From NCBI GenBank assembly GCA_014361445.1, contig JACIVQ010000004.1, positions 1-49,489 of the forward strand: a stretch of 49,489 nt of DNA. Direction: 5' to 3'. Source of the DNA: Methanosuratincolales archaeon (GTDB lineage: Archaea; Thermoproteota; Methanomethylicia; Methanomethylicales; Methanomethylicaceae). Positions 8,833-18,867 of this stretch are shown one piece after another. Position numbers and translations under genes: made by a program. The stretch's first letter is position 1. Every line of letters starts with the position of its first letter. The notes beneath the pieces were generated by a model. That model saw only the letters and a program-made list of their open reading frames with translations, was not told where the DNA came from and did not search any database.

Positions 8833-9440
8833 GTATAGCAAAATTCTTTATCAACAAATCTTCAAAAAACATGATAATTGACAATTATCTCAGGAATGAG
8901 CTCAAGAGAGCGGGTTATGCCGGAGTAGAATTTCAAAAGACCCCCCTCGGGAACAGGGTTGTGATATATGCAGAGAGACCTGGTATGGTCATAGGTCGAC
9001 AGGGGGCTACCATAAGGGAACTTGCACACGTAATAGAAACTAAATACGGACTCGAAAACCCCCAGATAGCAGTCGTCCCTGTCCAAAACCCTGAATTAAA
9101 CGCCAGAATAATGGCAAGCAGAGTGGCCTCTGCCTTGGAAAGGGGCATACATTTCAGGAGGGCCGCATTCGTTGCGTTGAGGCAGATCATGGAAGCAGGC
9201 GCACGAGGCGCTGAAATAGTAATTCGGGGCAAGCTTTCAACCGAGCGTTCTAGGTATGAGAAGTTCAGGTCAGGGGCAATATTGAAGGCTGGAGAGCCAA
9301 AAAAGTATGCCGTTGACAGGGCTGTAACGAGCGTTCTCCTAAAGCCTGGCGTCTTTGGGATCCAAGTTAGCATATATCTGCCAGTTAAGACCGTCGACGA
9401 CATCTCCATTGTTGAAGCCCCACAGCAGGCGGCTGGGTGA
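8829..9440 (+). CDS. rps3: 30S ribosomal protein uS3
   Basis: KH domain RPGMVIGRQG, ALERGIHFRRA, GARGAEI..GKL. Confidence 0.98.
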   Translation: MSIAKFFINKSSKNMIIDNYLRNELKRAGYAGVEFQKTPLGNRVVIYAERPGMVIGRQGATIRELAHVIETKYGLENPQIAVVPVQNPELNARIMASRVASALERGIHFRRAAFVALRQIMEAGARGAEIVIRGKLSTERSRYEKFRSGAILKAGEPKKYAVDRAVTSVLLKPGVFGIQVSIYLPVKTVDDISIVEAPQQAAG

Positions 9441-9445
9441 TCGAA

Positions 9446-9799
9446 TTGGCAATCTTTAGGATCCAAGAAATCAGGAAGATGAGCAAGGAGGAGCGGAGTA
9501 AGAAGCTCTCGGAACTCAGGGCCGAGCTCTCCAAAATGAAGGCAATGCAGGCCATGGGCGGCTCGCTAGAAAATCCCTCGCGAATAAGGCTGCTCAGGAA
9601 AACAATAGCCCAAATTCTCACAGTCAACCGGGAGGAGGAACTCGGGCTGAAGAGGGCTGAGCCGCGGGAGGAGCCTCCAGCCAAAGTTGCAAAGGGTTCG
9701 ACCAAAGAGGCACAGAAAGAAGTTTCCAAAACCAAAGCCGGGCCTGCTAAACCCCAAGTAAGTAACATTTACGAAAAAGAGGAATCGGAGGAAAAATAA
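9446..9799 (+). CDS. rpl29: 50S ribosomal protein uL29 with about 50-aa low-complexity C-terminal extension
   Basis: AIFR..EIRKMS, ENPSRIRLLRKTIAQILTV; TTG start after GGTGA. Confidence 0.95.
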   Translation: MAIFRIQEIRKMSKEERSKKLSELRAELSKMKAMQAMGGSLENPSRIRLLRKTIAQILTVNREEELGLKRAEPREEPPAKVAKGSTKEAQKEVSKTKAGPAKPQVSNIYEKEESEEK

Positions 9800-10078
9800 A
9801 TGAACGTTAATCCTTCAAACCTCATTTATCATGACCTCGTTGGTCTTCCAGCCAAAGTAGAGTTCTCCTCAGACCCTACCCAAATAGGCTTGGAAGGTAT
9901 GGTTGTTGACGAGACAAAGAATATGCTCGTTCTCTCCACCAAAAGAGGCTATAAGAAAGTCAGTAAAAAAAACGCTCTATTCACTTTTTACATACCTCAA
10001 CCAGTGACTGTAGACGGGACTAAGATCGCCTACCATCCAGCTGAACGTTTAAAGCGCATTCAAAGGAGGAAGAAGTAA
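9800..10078 (+). CDS. rnp1: RNase P protein subunit Rpp29/Pop4
   Basis: HDLVGL, GLEGMVVDETKNML, P.ERLK; position between rpl29 and rps17. Confidence 0.93.
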   Translation: MNVNPSNLIYHDLVGLPAKVEFSSDPTQIGLEGMVVDETKNMLVLSTKRGYKKVSKKNALFTFYIPQPVTVDGTKIAYHPAERLKRIQRRKK

Positions 10079-10399
10079 ATGTCACAGACGTTGAAGGAGA
10101 CAAAGTCTACCCAATGTTCCGACAAGAACTGTCCATTCCATGGAAGCTTATCCATTAGAGGGAAGACCCTGACCGGTCGAGTTGTTAGTGATAGGATGCA
10201 CAAAACGGTCGTCGTCCAAGTCGATTATCTTTACTACTACCCCAAATACAGGAGATATGCAAAACGGAGGTCAAAGATCCACGCACACAACCCTCCATGT
10301 GTGGGCGCAACGAAGGGGGACGTCGTCAAGATAGCTGAATGCCGCCCCCTCAGCAAGACTGTGGGCTTCGTCGTAGTTGAAAAGTTTGGTGGTGAATGA
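10079..10399 (+). CDS. rps17: 30S ribosomal protein uS17
   Basis: [23 protein letters not shown]. Confidence 0.98.
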   Translation: MSQTLKETKSTQCSDKNCPFHGSLSIRGKTLTGRVVSDRMHKTVVVQVDYLYYYPKYRRYAKRRSKIHAHNPPCVGATKGDVVKIAECRPLSKTVGFVVVEKFGGE

Positions 10400-10401
10400 G
10401 G

Positions 10402-10830
10402 ATGGCAAAGAGAGGGAAGGGTCTCGGTGGTGGTATAACCTACAGACCAGGAATAAGTCCTGGTTTGCCCATGGGTGCCTTATTGAAATGCGCAGATAAC
10501 AGCGGAGCCAAGATAGTCCAGCTCATTGGTGTTCCTAAGATTAAAAGCAGGATCCGCCGCCTCTCAGCAGCTTCCGTTGGAGACAAAGTAATAGTCTCCG
10601 TTAAGGAAGGCACGCCAGAAGTTCGCCGCCAGATATTTCACGCCGTCATAATAAGACAAAGAAAACCCTTCAGAAGGCTAGACGGGACGTGGATTCAATT
10701 TGAAGATAATGCGGCTGTGATCGTTACAGAGGATGGTGAATGTAAGGGTACCGAGATAAGAGGGCCTGTGGCAAAGGAAGCCGCCGAGCGATGGCCAAAA
10801 GTCGCAGGTCTAGCATCGATGGTAATTTGA
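10402..10830 (+). CDS. rpl14: 50S ribosomal protein uL14
   Basis: CADNSGAK, FEDNAAVIV, GPVAKEAAERWP. Confidence 0.98.
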   Translation: MAKRGKGLGGGITYRPGISPGLPMGALLKCADNSGAKIVQLIGVPKIKSRIRRLSAASVGDKVIVSVKEGTPEVRRQIFHAVIIRQRKPFRRLDGTWIQFEDNAAVIVTEDGECKGTEIRGPVAKEAAERWPKVAGLASMVI

Positions 10831-10840
10831 GGTGTTATAT

Positions 10841-11206
10841 ATGACCAGTATTAAACCTAAACTCCAAAGGAAACCTGCCCCACTCCATTTAAGGAGAAAG
10901 AATATGCGTGCCCCTCTCTCAGATGAGCTAAGAGAACGCTACGGAACTAGAACCGCCGCTCTTCGGAAGGGAGATACTGTACTAATAGTGAGAGGTGACT
11001 ATAAAGGGCACGAGGGGAAGGTCTCATCAATAGACCTATCAAAAATGCGTATAACAGTTGAGGGCGTGACAATGAAGAAGACAGATGGAACGACCAAGCC
11101 GGTCCCAATCAAGCCTTCTAAAGTCATAATCACAAAACTTGATCTCTCCGACAAGAAACGGAAAGAGATCTTTGAATCAAGACTAAAGCGGAGGGAATCC
11201 TCTTGA
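10841..11206 (+). CDS. rpl24: 50S ribosomal protein uL24
   Basis: APLHLRRK, LRERYG, RKGDTVLIVRGD KOW motif. Confidence 0.96.
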   Translation: MTSIKPKLQRKPAPLHLRRKNMRAPLSDELRERYGTRTAALRKGDTVLIVRGDYKGHEGKVSSIDLSKMRITVEGVTMKKTDGTTKPVPIKPSKVIITKLDLSDKKRKEIFESRLKRRESS

Positions 11207-11937
11207 AGCGACACTTGAAGACTTACCCTGCACCTCGTTTCTGGCCGATCAGAATAAAAGAAAGGGAATTTACTGTCCGTCCTTCCCCTGGTCCACATCC
11301 CGTGAACTACTCCATCCCATTAGGGATAGTGTTGAGGGACGTCCTAAATTATGCCACGACCATCGGGGAAGCAAAGAAGATACTCTCTGAAAGGAAAGTA
11401 ATGGTGGATGGCAAAGTCAGGACTGACTACAAATATCCGTTGGGACTAATGGATGTTTTGTATCTTCGTCCATCCAATGAGTATTATAGGGTCCTCCCCC
11501 ACCCCGTAAAGAAGCTATCTTTAGTAAAAATATCCCCCGAGGAAGCCACCTTCAAGTTAGTAAGGGTGGCGGGGAAGCGGATACTCAAAGGTGGGAGGGT
11601 TCAGCTGAACTTTCATGACGGGAGAACATATAGCATAAAGGTCGACGACCCCTTCAACATCCAAGTTGGATATAAGATATACGATGCTGTGAAACTTACC
11701 ATACCTGATGGGGAGATCGCCGATCACATACCTCTCGAACCTGGGACTTTTGTATGCGTAATAGGTGGTAGCAACATAGGCAAATATGGGGAAGTAGTAG
11801 AGCTCCCGGCGACTAGAAGCAAAGACCAATTAGTCAAGGTCAGAATAGAGGGTGTTGAAAGTACCGTTACGCTTAAGTACTTATTCCCGATAGGTAAGGG
11901 AAGTCCAATAATAAACATTAGTGGAGAAGTGGCGTAA
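11203..11937 (+). CDS. rps4e: 30S ribosomal protein eS4
   Basis: HLK..AP.FW, PSPGPH, VDGKVRTDYKYPLGLMDV. Confidence 0.97.
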   Translation: MKRHLKTYPAPRFWPIRIKEREFTVRPSPGPHPVNYSIPLGIVLRDVLNYATTIGEAKKILSERKVMVDGKVRTDYKYPLGLMDVLYLRPSNEYYRVLPHPVKKLSLVKISPEEATFKLVRVAGKRILKGGRVQLNFHDGRTYSIKVDDPFNIQVGYKIYDAVKLTIPDGEIADHIPLEPGTFVCVIGGSNIGKYGEVVELPATRSKDQLVKVRIEGVESTVTLKYLFPIGKGSPIINISGEVA

Positions 11938-11939
11938 AC

Positions 11940-12491
11940 ATGTCCGAGGGTGCTAAGGCCACTGAAGTTGGCCAATCGAACCCCATGCGATCAATAAGGA
12001 TCGGCAAGGTAGTTGTGAATATAGGGGTAGGGGAAGGAGGAGAACGTCTAGAGAAAGCCATGACCGTCCTCGAGTCCCTAACAGGAGCAAAGCCCTGCCC
12101 AAGGCGGGCTAAGAAAACCATAAGGGATTTTGGCGTAAGAAGGGGAGAAAACATCGGCTGCGTAGTCACGCTTAGGGGAGAAAAAGTTGAGGACTTTCTT
12201 AGAAGAGCTTTTGACTCCAGAAAGAACAGGCTAAAGGAGTCTTCTTTTGACGATTATGGCAACATCTCGTTTGGAATAACTGAGCACATAAACTTGCCCG
12301 GCACTAAATATGATCCATCGCTTGGAATATTCGGCATGAACGTCTGCATCGTTTTGGAAAGACCAGGTTACAGGGTCTCGAGGAGGCGTTACCGTCCATC
12401 AAAAATTGGACGCAATCACCGCGTAACGAAGGAGGAAGCCATCGCATTCATGACCGAGCGGTTTGGCATCAAAGTTGAGAGGGGGGCCTAA
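11940..12491 (+). CDS. rpl5: 50S ribosomal protein uL5
   Basis: [39 protein letters not shown]. Confidence 0.98.
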   Translation: MSEGAKATEVGQSNPMRSIRIGKVVVNIGVGEGGERLEKAMTVLESLTGAKPCPRRAKKTIRDFGVRRGENIGCVVTLRGEKVEDFLRRAFDSRKNRLKESSFDDYGNISFGITEHINLPGTKYDPSLGIFGMNVCIVLERPGYRVSRRRYRPSKIGRNHRVTKEEAIAFMTERFGIKVERGA

Positions 12492-12493
12492 AT

Positions 12494-12661
12494 ATGGGAA
12501 AAATCCGGAAACCAAAGGAAAGGAAGTTTGGCAAGGGCAGCCGTGTCTGCAAGCGCTGCGGATCAAAAGGTAGCACCCTTATAAGGAGATACGGTCTCAA
12601 CATCTGCCGCCAGTGTTTCAGGGAGGCTGCGGAGACCTTAGGCTTCAAGAAGTACATGTAG
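12494..12661 (+). CDS. rps14: 30S ribosomal protein uS14 (Zn-finger type, 55 aa; not in the ORF track)
   Basis: Manual translation [23 protein letters not shown]...[26 protein letters not shown]. Confidence 0.96.
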   Translation: MGKIRKPKERKFGKGSRVCKRCGSKGSTLIRRYGLNICRQCFREAAETLGFKKYM

Positions 12662-12665
12662 GTGC

Positions 12666-13064
12666 ATGACCATGTGGGTGCAGGATCCGCTGGCTAATGT
12701 TCTGATAAATATCATGAATAGCGAGGAGCGAGGCAGGAGCGAGTGTATAGTCACTCCCGCTCCAAAGCTCGTAGCGAACGTGCTTCGCGTCCTCCAGAGA
12801 CATGGTTATATCGGCGAGTTCGAGTTTATTGACGATGGTCGTTTAGGAAAATTGAGGATTCAACTACTCGGCAGGATCAACAAATGTGGCGTCATAAAGC
12901 CCTACTTTTCAGTCTCTTACAAAGAGATTGACAATTACGTTTACCAATATCTCCCTGCAAAGGACATTGGGATCCTCATATTGACCACCCCAAAGGGGAT
13001 CTTAACTCACAGGGAAGCCATCTCTAACAAAATTGGTGGTCGCCTATTGGCCTATGTCTACTAG
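12666..13064 (+). CDS. rps8: 30S ribosomal protein uS8
   Basis: DPLAN, GYIGEFEFIDDGR, GRINKCGVIKP, GGRLLAYVY. Confidence 0.98.
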   Translation: MTMWVQDPLANVLINIMNSEERGRSECIVTPAPKLVANVLRVLQRHGYIGEFEFIDDGRLGKLRIQLLGRINKCGVIKPYFSVSYKEIDNYVYQYLPAKDIGILILTTPKGILTHREAISNKIGGRLLAYVY

Positions 13065-13067
13065 GTG

Positions 13068-13601
13068 ATGGCAATGACGAACTCATCATTATCTTTAAAG
13101 ATTCCAGAAGGGGTTAGCGTCTCACTGCAGGGATCATCAGTTACTGTCTCTGGCCCAAAGGGCACTATCTCAAAGGACTTCGCACACTCTGGGCTCAAGT
13201 TCACAAGAACTGAGGACTCCATAGTGTTGACCGCCTCTGGCAAAGGAAAGCGCTCCAAGGCAATCCTTGGGACAATAGCCTCCCACATAAAGAATATGTT
13301 CAAGGGAGTTACAGAGGGTCACCACTACACAATGAAGGTGATTTATGCCCACTTTCCAATTACTGTCAAGGTGGCAGGGAGAGAGGTTCACATAGAGAAC
13401 TTCATGGGAGAACGATCTAAACGGGTAGCCAAAATAGTTGGTAATGTCAAGATAACGGTCAGCGGGGACGAGATTATTCTCGAAGGAATAGATAAAGAGG
13501 AAGTGGGTCAGACCGCTGCCAACATACACTTGGCAACCCACGTCAAGAAGATGGATCCCCGCGTCTTCCAAGATGGCATCTATCTTGTGGAGAGGAGGTA
13601 G
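13068..13601 (+). CDS. rpl6: 50S ribosomal protein uL6
   Basis: IPEGV, GPKG, YAHFPI, NFMGE, DPRVFQDGIY. Confidence 0.97.
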   Translation: MAMTNSSLSLKIPEGVSVSLQGSSVTVSGPKGTISKDFAHSGLKFTRTEDSIVLTASGKGKRSKAILGTIASHIKNMFKGVTEGHHYTMKVIYAHFPITVKVAGREVHIENFMGERSKRVAKIVGNVKITVSGDEIILEGIDKEEVGQTAANIHLATHVKKMDPRVFQDGIYLVERR

Positions 13602-13606
13602 GTCAC

Positions 13607-14200
13607 ATGTCCGATCCAGACAAATTGGTTAGGGCTTTAAAGATCAGAGAGAAGATCTCTCAGAGAAGGCCAGATTTCATCAGACAAGAGGCTAACAGGT
13701 TCCCGCGCTTGGGAGAAAAGTGGCGGAGCTGTACGGGTATCAGGTCAAAGATGCGGCTAAAGAAGAAGGGCAGGGCTGCTATCGTCGAACCAGGATACAG
13801 GGGTCCTGTATTGGCTAGAGGACTTCACCCCTCCGGGAAACGCGAGGTCCTGGTATACAATGTTGAGGATCTGGGCAAAATAAACCCCGCAACAGACGTC
13901 ATTAGAATAGCGTCCACTGTTGGAAAAAGGAAGAGGCTCGAGATCATTGAAAAATCAAAAACCTTGGGTGTAACTGTAGTAAACATTCGCCCCTCCGAGA
14001 AGGCGCTTTTAGAAAAACCAGAGGAGCCTTCGAAAGAAGTTAAAGAGAAAGAAAAAGAGAAAGAAAAGGAAATTAAAGGAAAGGAGCCCGAAGAAGAGCT
14101 TCCAAAAGAGGCAGAGGGGGCGGAAAAGGAAACGGTGGAGAGAAAAGAAGAGGAATGGTCTGCTGAAAGAGAAGAGAAAGAGTTGGAGGGTCGAGAATGA
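13607..14200 (+). CDS. rpl32e: 50S ribosomal protein eL32 with about 70-aa Glu/Lys-rich C-terminal tail
   Basis: P.FIRQ, KWR..GIRSKMR, GY..P...RGLHPSG, IASTVGKRKR. Confidence 0.95.
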   Translation: MSDPDKLVRALKIREKISQRRPDFIRQEANRFPRLGEKWRSCTGIRSKMRLKKKGRAAIVEPGYRGPVLARGLHPSGKREVLVYNVEDLGKINPATDVIRIASTVGKRKRLEIIEKSKTLGVTVVNIRPSEKALLEKPEEPSKEVKEKEKEKEKEIKGKEPEEELPKEAEGAEKETVERKEEEWSAEREEKELEGRE

Positions 14201-14631
14201 GTCTTAGGATTCAGCGCAGGATCGCCGCAAAAGTCTTGAAGGTTGGCGAGAGCAGGGTTTGGATGGACCCGGAACGCTTTGAAGACATTAGCATGGCTAT
14301 CACCCGAGACGACATTCGCGCATTGATCAAAGAAGGTGCCATAAAGGCCACTCCTGAAGCGGGAATAAGCCGTGGCAGATACAGGCGCATCCGTCAGCAA
14401 AAGAGAAAGGGCCTCAGGAAGGGTTACGGCAGTAGAAAAGGTCCCGTGGAGGATGATGATTGGACCGAAAGGATACGGTCTATAAGGGAGTTCCTCCGTC
14501 TTCTCAGGAAGCGGCGAATAATCACTCCATCGGTTTATAGGATGCTTTATATTAAGGCTAAAGGCGGGGCTTTTCACGACAAGAGGCAACTCAAGACTTA
14601 CATAGAAGAACATAACCTAGCGAGGAGGTAA
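14197..14631 (+). CDS. rpl19e: 50S ribosomal protein eL19
   Basis: QRRIAAKVLKVG..RVW, AITRDDIR, YR.LY.KAKGG. Confidence 0.97.
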   Translation: MSLRIQRRIAAKVLKVGESRVWMDPERFEDISMAITRDDIRALIKEGAIKATPEAGISRGRYRRIRQQKRKGLRKGYGSRKGPVEDDDWTERIRSIREFLRLLRKRRIITPSVYRMLYIKAKGGAFHDKRQLKTYIEEHNLARR

Positions 14632-14635
14632 AAAA

Positions 14636-15226
14636 TTGGCAAAAGGACCGACTTATAGGGTTGCATTCCGGAGGAGACGAGAGGGGAGGACCGACTACCA
14701 CCTCAGGAAGCGCCTCGTCTCCAGTAGGAAGCCTAGACTCGTAGTAAGAAAGTCCCTCAAGCACTTGTCCGTCCAACTGGTGGAGGCAAGGGTTGATGGA
14801 GATAGGGTGTTGGCAAGTGCAACAACTATTGAACTGAAGGAATTTGGCTGGAAGGGTGGTACTGGCAACCTCCCTGCAGCTTACCTTGTGGGCTTCCTCT
14901 TGGGCAAGCGCGCACTGAGTAAAGGGTTTGAGACCGCGGTGTTAGATCTAAATGGTTATCCCATCACGAAGGGTAGCCGTCTATTTGCTGCCCTCAAAGG
15001 GGCGCTAGACGCTGGAATGCAGATTCCACATAGCGAGGAGATACTCCCTGCTGATGAGCGCATTAAGGGAGAGCACATTGCCAAATATGCAGAATTGCTA
15101 CAGAGGGAGAACCCTGCGAAATACCAGTCCCAATTCTCCAAGTACATCAGCATCGGTCTCCCGCCAGAGAGTATAGTCCAACACTTCGAAACGGTTAAGG
15201 AGACTATTTCAAAGAAGGTGAAATGA
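14636..15226 (+). CDS. rpl18: 50S ribosomal protein uL18
   Basis: GPTYRV.FRRRREGRTDY, PRLVVR, NLPAAYLVG. Confidence 0.97.
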   Translation: MAKGPTYRVAFRRRREGRTDYHLRKRLVSSRKPRLVVRKSLKHLSVQLVEARVDGDRVLASATTIELKEFGWKGGTGNLPAAYLVGFLLGKRALSKGFETAVLDLNGYPITKGSRLFAALKGALDAGMQIPHSEEILPADERIKGEHIAKYAELLQRENPAKYQSQFSKYISIGLPPESIVQHFETVKETISKKVK

Positions 15227-15227
15227 A

Positions 15228-15833
15228 ATGGCATATCAACAGTCGCAATGGGTTCCGAGAACCACTCTCGGTAAACTTGTCTTGGAAGGAAAGATCACCA
15301 GTATCAAGGAGGTCTTCGAACAGAACATACCGATTAAGGAGCCAGAGATTATCGACGCTTTACTTCCGGATATAAAGCACGAAGTCCTTGACGTTGGGAT
15401 AGTTCAAAAACAGACGGACGCTGGCGAAATCACAAAATTCAAGATCGGGGTCGTAATCGGAAACTTTGATGGTTACATTGGCATAGGAACCGGCAAATCA
15501 AAACAGATGAGATTTGCAATAGACAAAGCCATAGCCAATGCGAAGCTCAACATAACCCCTGTCAGGAGGGGTTGTGGGCATTGGAAATGCCCCTGCGGGA
15601 ACCCTCACAGTCTTCCCTTTGTCGTCACAGGTAAGAGCGGCAGCGTCACCGTAACCCTCATTCCTGCGCCGAAAGGGGTAGGATTAGTTGGTGGTGCAGC
15701 CGCAAAAACCTTGTTGACCTTTGCAGGGATCAAGGACGCTTGGGTCGTTTCCAGGGGCGAGACAAGAACTACCATGAACTTTGCAGGGGCTGTTTATGAC
15801 GCCCTGAGGAACACTTACAGATTTAAGAAATGA
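15228..15833 (+). CDS. rps5: 30S ribosomal protein uS5
   Basis: WVPRT.LG, VQKQTDAG, RRGCGHW.C.C...HS, PAPKG.GLV. Confidence 0.97.
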   Translation: MAYQQSQWVPRTTLGKLVLEGKITSIKEVFEQNIPIKEPEIIDALLPDIKHEVLDVGIVQKQTDAGEITKFKIGVVIGNFDGYIGIGTGKSKQMRFAIDKAIANAKLNITPVRRGCGHWKCPCGNPHSLPFVVTGKSGSVTVTLIPAPKGVGLVGGAAAKTLLTFAGIKDAWVVSRGETRTTMNFAGAVYDALRNTYRFKK

Positions 15834-15844
15834 TGGTGGTAACG

Positions 15845-16303
15845 ATGAAGTTATTCCTCGCGATTCGAATTAGAGGTCTGACGGGTGTTTCCCCAGAGAT
15901 GCTGGATGTACTAAACCGCTTGAATGTCCCAAGAAAACACAACGCCTCACTCATTCCTGATACCCCCTCCATGGTTGGCATGCTTAAGAAGGCATCAGAT
16001 TACATAACCTGGGGGGAGATAAACAGAGAGAGCCTTATCGCCCTCCTTAAAAAAAGGGGACGGTTAGAGGGCAATAAACGGATCACTGAAGAGTCCCTCA
16101 GAAAAATTGGATTCAATAGCTTCGAAGAACTGGCAGACAAGATCATTGCTGATGGGAAGGTCCCCCCACCAATCAAAAAAACCTTCAGGCTCACACCTCC
16201 AAGTGGGGGCTTCAAGGGTCCTATAACTAAACATGTAAATGAGGGTGGCGAACTGGGCTATAGGGGCGAGGCAATAAACCAACTCTTGTCAAAGATGATA
16301 TAA
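15845..16303 (+). CDS. rpl30: 50S ribosomal protein uL30
   Basis: AIRIRG, GMLKK..DYITWGE, FRL.PPSGGF, LGYRGEAIN.L. Confidence 0.96.
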   Translation: MKLFLAIRIRGLTGVSPEMLDVLNRLNVPRKHNASLIPDTPSMVGMLKKASDYITWGEINRESLIALLKKRGRLEGNKRITEESLRKIGFNSFEELADKIIADGKVPPPIKKTFRLTPPSGGFKGPITKHVNEGGELGYRGEAINQLLSKMI

Positions 16304-16379
16304 AAGGTGAAAAAACAAAAACTAAAAATATATTAGTGAACGTCTTTCTGATTATCGCTAATCTCAGTGGTGTTTACAA

Positions 16380-16814
16380 ATGGTAGTTCGAAGGGATCGT
16401 AAAGTCAGGCGGCAACGGGGCTCTAGACTTTATGGTTGGGGTCAGGTTGGGCAGCATAGAAAGTCTGGAACCCGAGGAGGATTTGGTAACGCAGGCCTTC
16501 ACAAACACAAGTGGAGCTGGACGGTGAAGTATGGAAAGGATCACTTTGGAAAATACGGGTTTGTGAGGCCGCCTGCCGTGTCAAAGCCTGTTAGATCAAT
16601 AAATGTAGGATCACTGGCCACACTGGTTCAGGGCAAAATACTTGAAAAAGACGATAAAGGTAGGGCTGTTTTGGACTTAAGTGCCTTGGGCTACGACCGG
16701 CTGCTTGGAAGCGGGAAGATAGACTTTTCTATTGTGGTAAAGACTAACCATGCCTCAGAGATAGCGAAGAGAAAGATCGCTGAAGCTGGTGGGGAAGTCA
16801 TCGTAGCAGGATGA
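16380..16814 (+). CDS. rpl15: 50S ribosomal protein uL15
   Basis: RGSR..GWG, HRKSG..GG.GNAG, FGK.GF, LLGSG. Confidence 0.97.
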   Translation: MVVRRDRKVRRQRGSRLYGWGQVGQHRKSGTRGGFGNAGLHKHKWSWTVKYGKDHFGKYGFVRPPAVSKPVRSINVGSLATLVQGKILEKDDKGRAVLDLSALGYDRLLGSGKIDFSIVVKTNHASEIAKRKIAEAGGEVIVAG

Positions 16815-16827
16815 GGTAGCGGTAATC

Positions 16828-18252
16828 ATGGCTCGTTTCCTTGACCTCATGGAACCAATAATGAAATACATCCCAGAGGTTCCAAAGCCTCAGCGGAAAG
16901 TGAGCCTCAAGGAAAAGGTATTCTGGACTGGGCTGGCGCTCGGAATATACTTGGTCATGTGCGAGATCCCGCTTTTTGGCGTACCGATCTACCAGACCGG
17001 CTACGAACAACTCTTTTTCTATCGAATTATATTTGCCTCCAAGAAAGGCTCCCTGATGGATCTCGGGATAGGTCCTATAGTCACTGCCGGTCTCATAATG
17101 CAAATCCTTGCCGGTTCTAAAATATTAAATGTGGATATGACAAAGCCTCGCGACCGAGGGCTATTCACAGGCACCCAGAAGTTCCTTGCGATACTTATGA
17201 CTGCTTTTGAGGGCACAGCATTCCTCATAGGAGGAAATTATGGGAACCCTGACACTTTGATTTCGGTTTTCATTATGCTTCAACTCATATGTGTGGGTAT
17301 TTTGGTTTTACTTCTTGACGAGATGATCCAGAAAGGATGGGGTCTTGGGAGCGGGGTGAGCCTATTCATCCTCGCAGGAGTTTCCCAGCAGGTCATCTGG
17401 CTCAGTTTCTCCCCATTCGGTCCAATCGCGGATGGTAAATCGCTTGGCGCTATAGTCGCCTTCTTCCAGACGATATTCAATGGCGAAAATATCCTCTCCG
17501 CCTTCTCAAGGTACCCGTACCCAGATATGACCGGGTTTATTACCATGATCCTAGTCTTCCTGCTGGTGGTCTACCTTGAAGGCATGAAGATAGAGATACC
17601 TGTGGCCTACGCCAAGTACGGTGGGATGCGTGCTAAGATCCCACTCAAGTTCATGTATGTCTCAAACATACCCATCATCCTCGCCTCGGCACTCTTTGCA
17701 AACTTTTACCTATTTGGTCAGATTCTTTGGCAGAACCTCAATATGGCAAATAACAATCCATGGCTGAATTGGTTTGTGATGTTCAATTCCACATCTACTT
17801 CTCGCGAGCTCTTACCAGGCTGCTTCTTATATTACATCTCTTCCCCAAGGAGTTTAACAAATGTAATTCAAGATCCAATACATGCCATCCTTTACACATT
17901 GATCCTCGTGACATTCTCGGTGATATTCGCTAAAGTTTGGGTCGAGGTCTCAGGCATGAGCGCGAAGGCGCAGGCAGAACAGCTCGTGAAAGCAGGCCTT
18001 CAGATACCTGGTTTCAGAAGGTCTCCGGGCATTATCGAACAGATCCTCCAAAGATACATCCCCTCTCTCACCATAATAAGCGGTATAAGCGTCGGTCTAC
18101 TCGCTGGCATCGCCGACATGCTCGGCGCAATAGGTAGCGGTATAGGTATACTCCTGTCCGTAGGTATTATTTACCAGTACTACCAAATACTTGCAAAGGA
18201 ACAACTCTCAGAGACATATCCTGGTCTCGGGAGATTTCTGGGTCAGGAGTAG
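16828..18252 (+). CDS. secY: Preprotein translocase subunit SecY
   Basis: About 10 TM helices; LMDLGIGPIVTAGLIMQ, GWGLGSGVSLFI, PLKFMYVSNIP, IPGFR. Confidence 0.98.
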   Translation: MARFLDLMEPIMKYIPEVPKPQRKVSLKEKVFWTGLALGIYLVMCEIPLFGVPIYQTGYEQLFFYRIIFASKKGSLMDLGIGPIVTAGLIMQILAGSKILNVDMTKPRDRGLFTGTQKFLAILMTAFEGTAFLIGGNYGNPDTLISVFIMLQLICVGILVLLLDEMIQKGWGLGSGVSLFILAGVSQQVIWLSFSPFGPIADGKSLGAIVAFFQTIFNGENILSAFSRYPYPDMTGFITMILVFLLVVYLEGMKIEIPVAYAKYGGMRAKIPLKFMYVSNIPIILASALFANFYLFGQILWQNLNMANNNPWLNWFVMFNSTSTSRELLPGCFLYYISSPRSLTNVIQDPIHAILYTLILVTFSVIFAKVWVEVSGMSAKAQAEQLVKAGLQIPGFRRSPGIIEQILQRYIPSLTIISGISVGLLAGIADMLGAIGSGIGILLSVGIIYQYYQILAKEQLSETYPGLGRFLGQE

Positions 18253-18260
18253 GGTTAAAA

Positions 18261-18866
18261 ATGGCAAAGAGAGTTTCTAGAGAGGGAAAGTTAGTAATAG
18301 TTACTGGCATACCTGGTGTCGGTAAGACGACCGTCCTTAATTCCGCAATATCTTACTGCAAAGAAAGCATGATCGATGTGATACATATCAATTACGGGGA
18401 TCTCATGTTTGAAGAGGCTATTGCTAATGGTCTTGTCAAGGATAGGGACGAGATGCGCAGGCTCTCAATCAACCATCAGATTTCTTTGCAGCTCAACGCC
18501 GCCAATAGGATAAGATCAATTTCAGAGAAGAATAATGTTCTGCTGGATACCCACATGTTCATAAGAACCATTGATGGCTATATGCCTGGAATACCGATTT
18601 GGATAGCCGAATCTCTTATGCCTGACACCATAGTCCTCCTAGAGGCCGACCCAGAGTCGATATCTAGACGTCGAAGGAAGGACGCTGGCATCAGAAATAG
18701 GGAGGAGGACTCCCCCCAAAAGATAGAGGAGCACCAACTCATGGGCAGGGCAGGGGCTGCCTCCTTGGCAATCCTCACAGGCTGCACTGTTTTGATAGTG
18801 GAGAACAGAGAGGGAGAACACGAGGCTGCAGGTCGTGCCATAGCCTCACTCTTTAGGAGGCAATAA
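18261..18866 (+). CDS. adkA: Adenylate kinase, archaeal type
   Basis: TGIPGVGKTT, NYGD.M, RDEMR, LDTH, GY.PG.P. Confidence 0.95.
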   Translation: MAKRVSREGKLVIVTGIPGVGKTTVLNSAISYCKESMIDVIHINYGDLMFEEAIANGLVKDRDEMRRLSINHQISLQLNAANRIRSISEKNNVLLDTHMFIRTIDGYMPGIPIWIAESLMPDTIVLLEADPESISRRRRKDAGIRNREEDSPQKIEEHQLMGRAGAASLAILTGCTVLIVENREGEHEAAGRAIASLFRRQ

Positions 18867-18867
18867 T

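Noticed and set aside
13825-14613. 262-aa minus-strand ORF with S/F repeats
   Set aside because: Antisense shadow of rpl32e/rpl19e; the low complexity mirrors the Glu/Lys tail.
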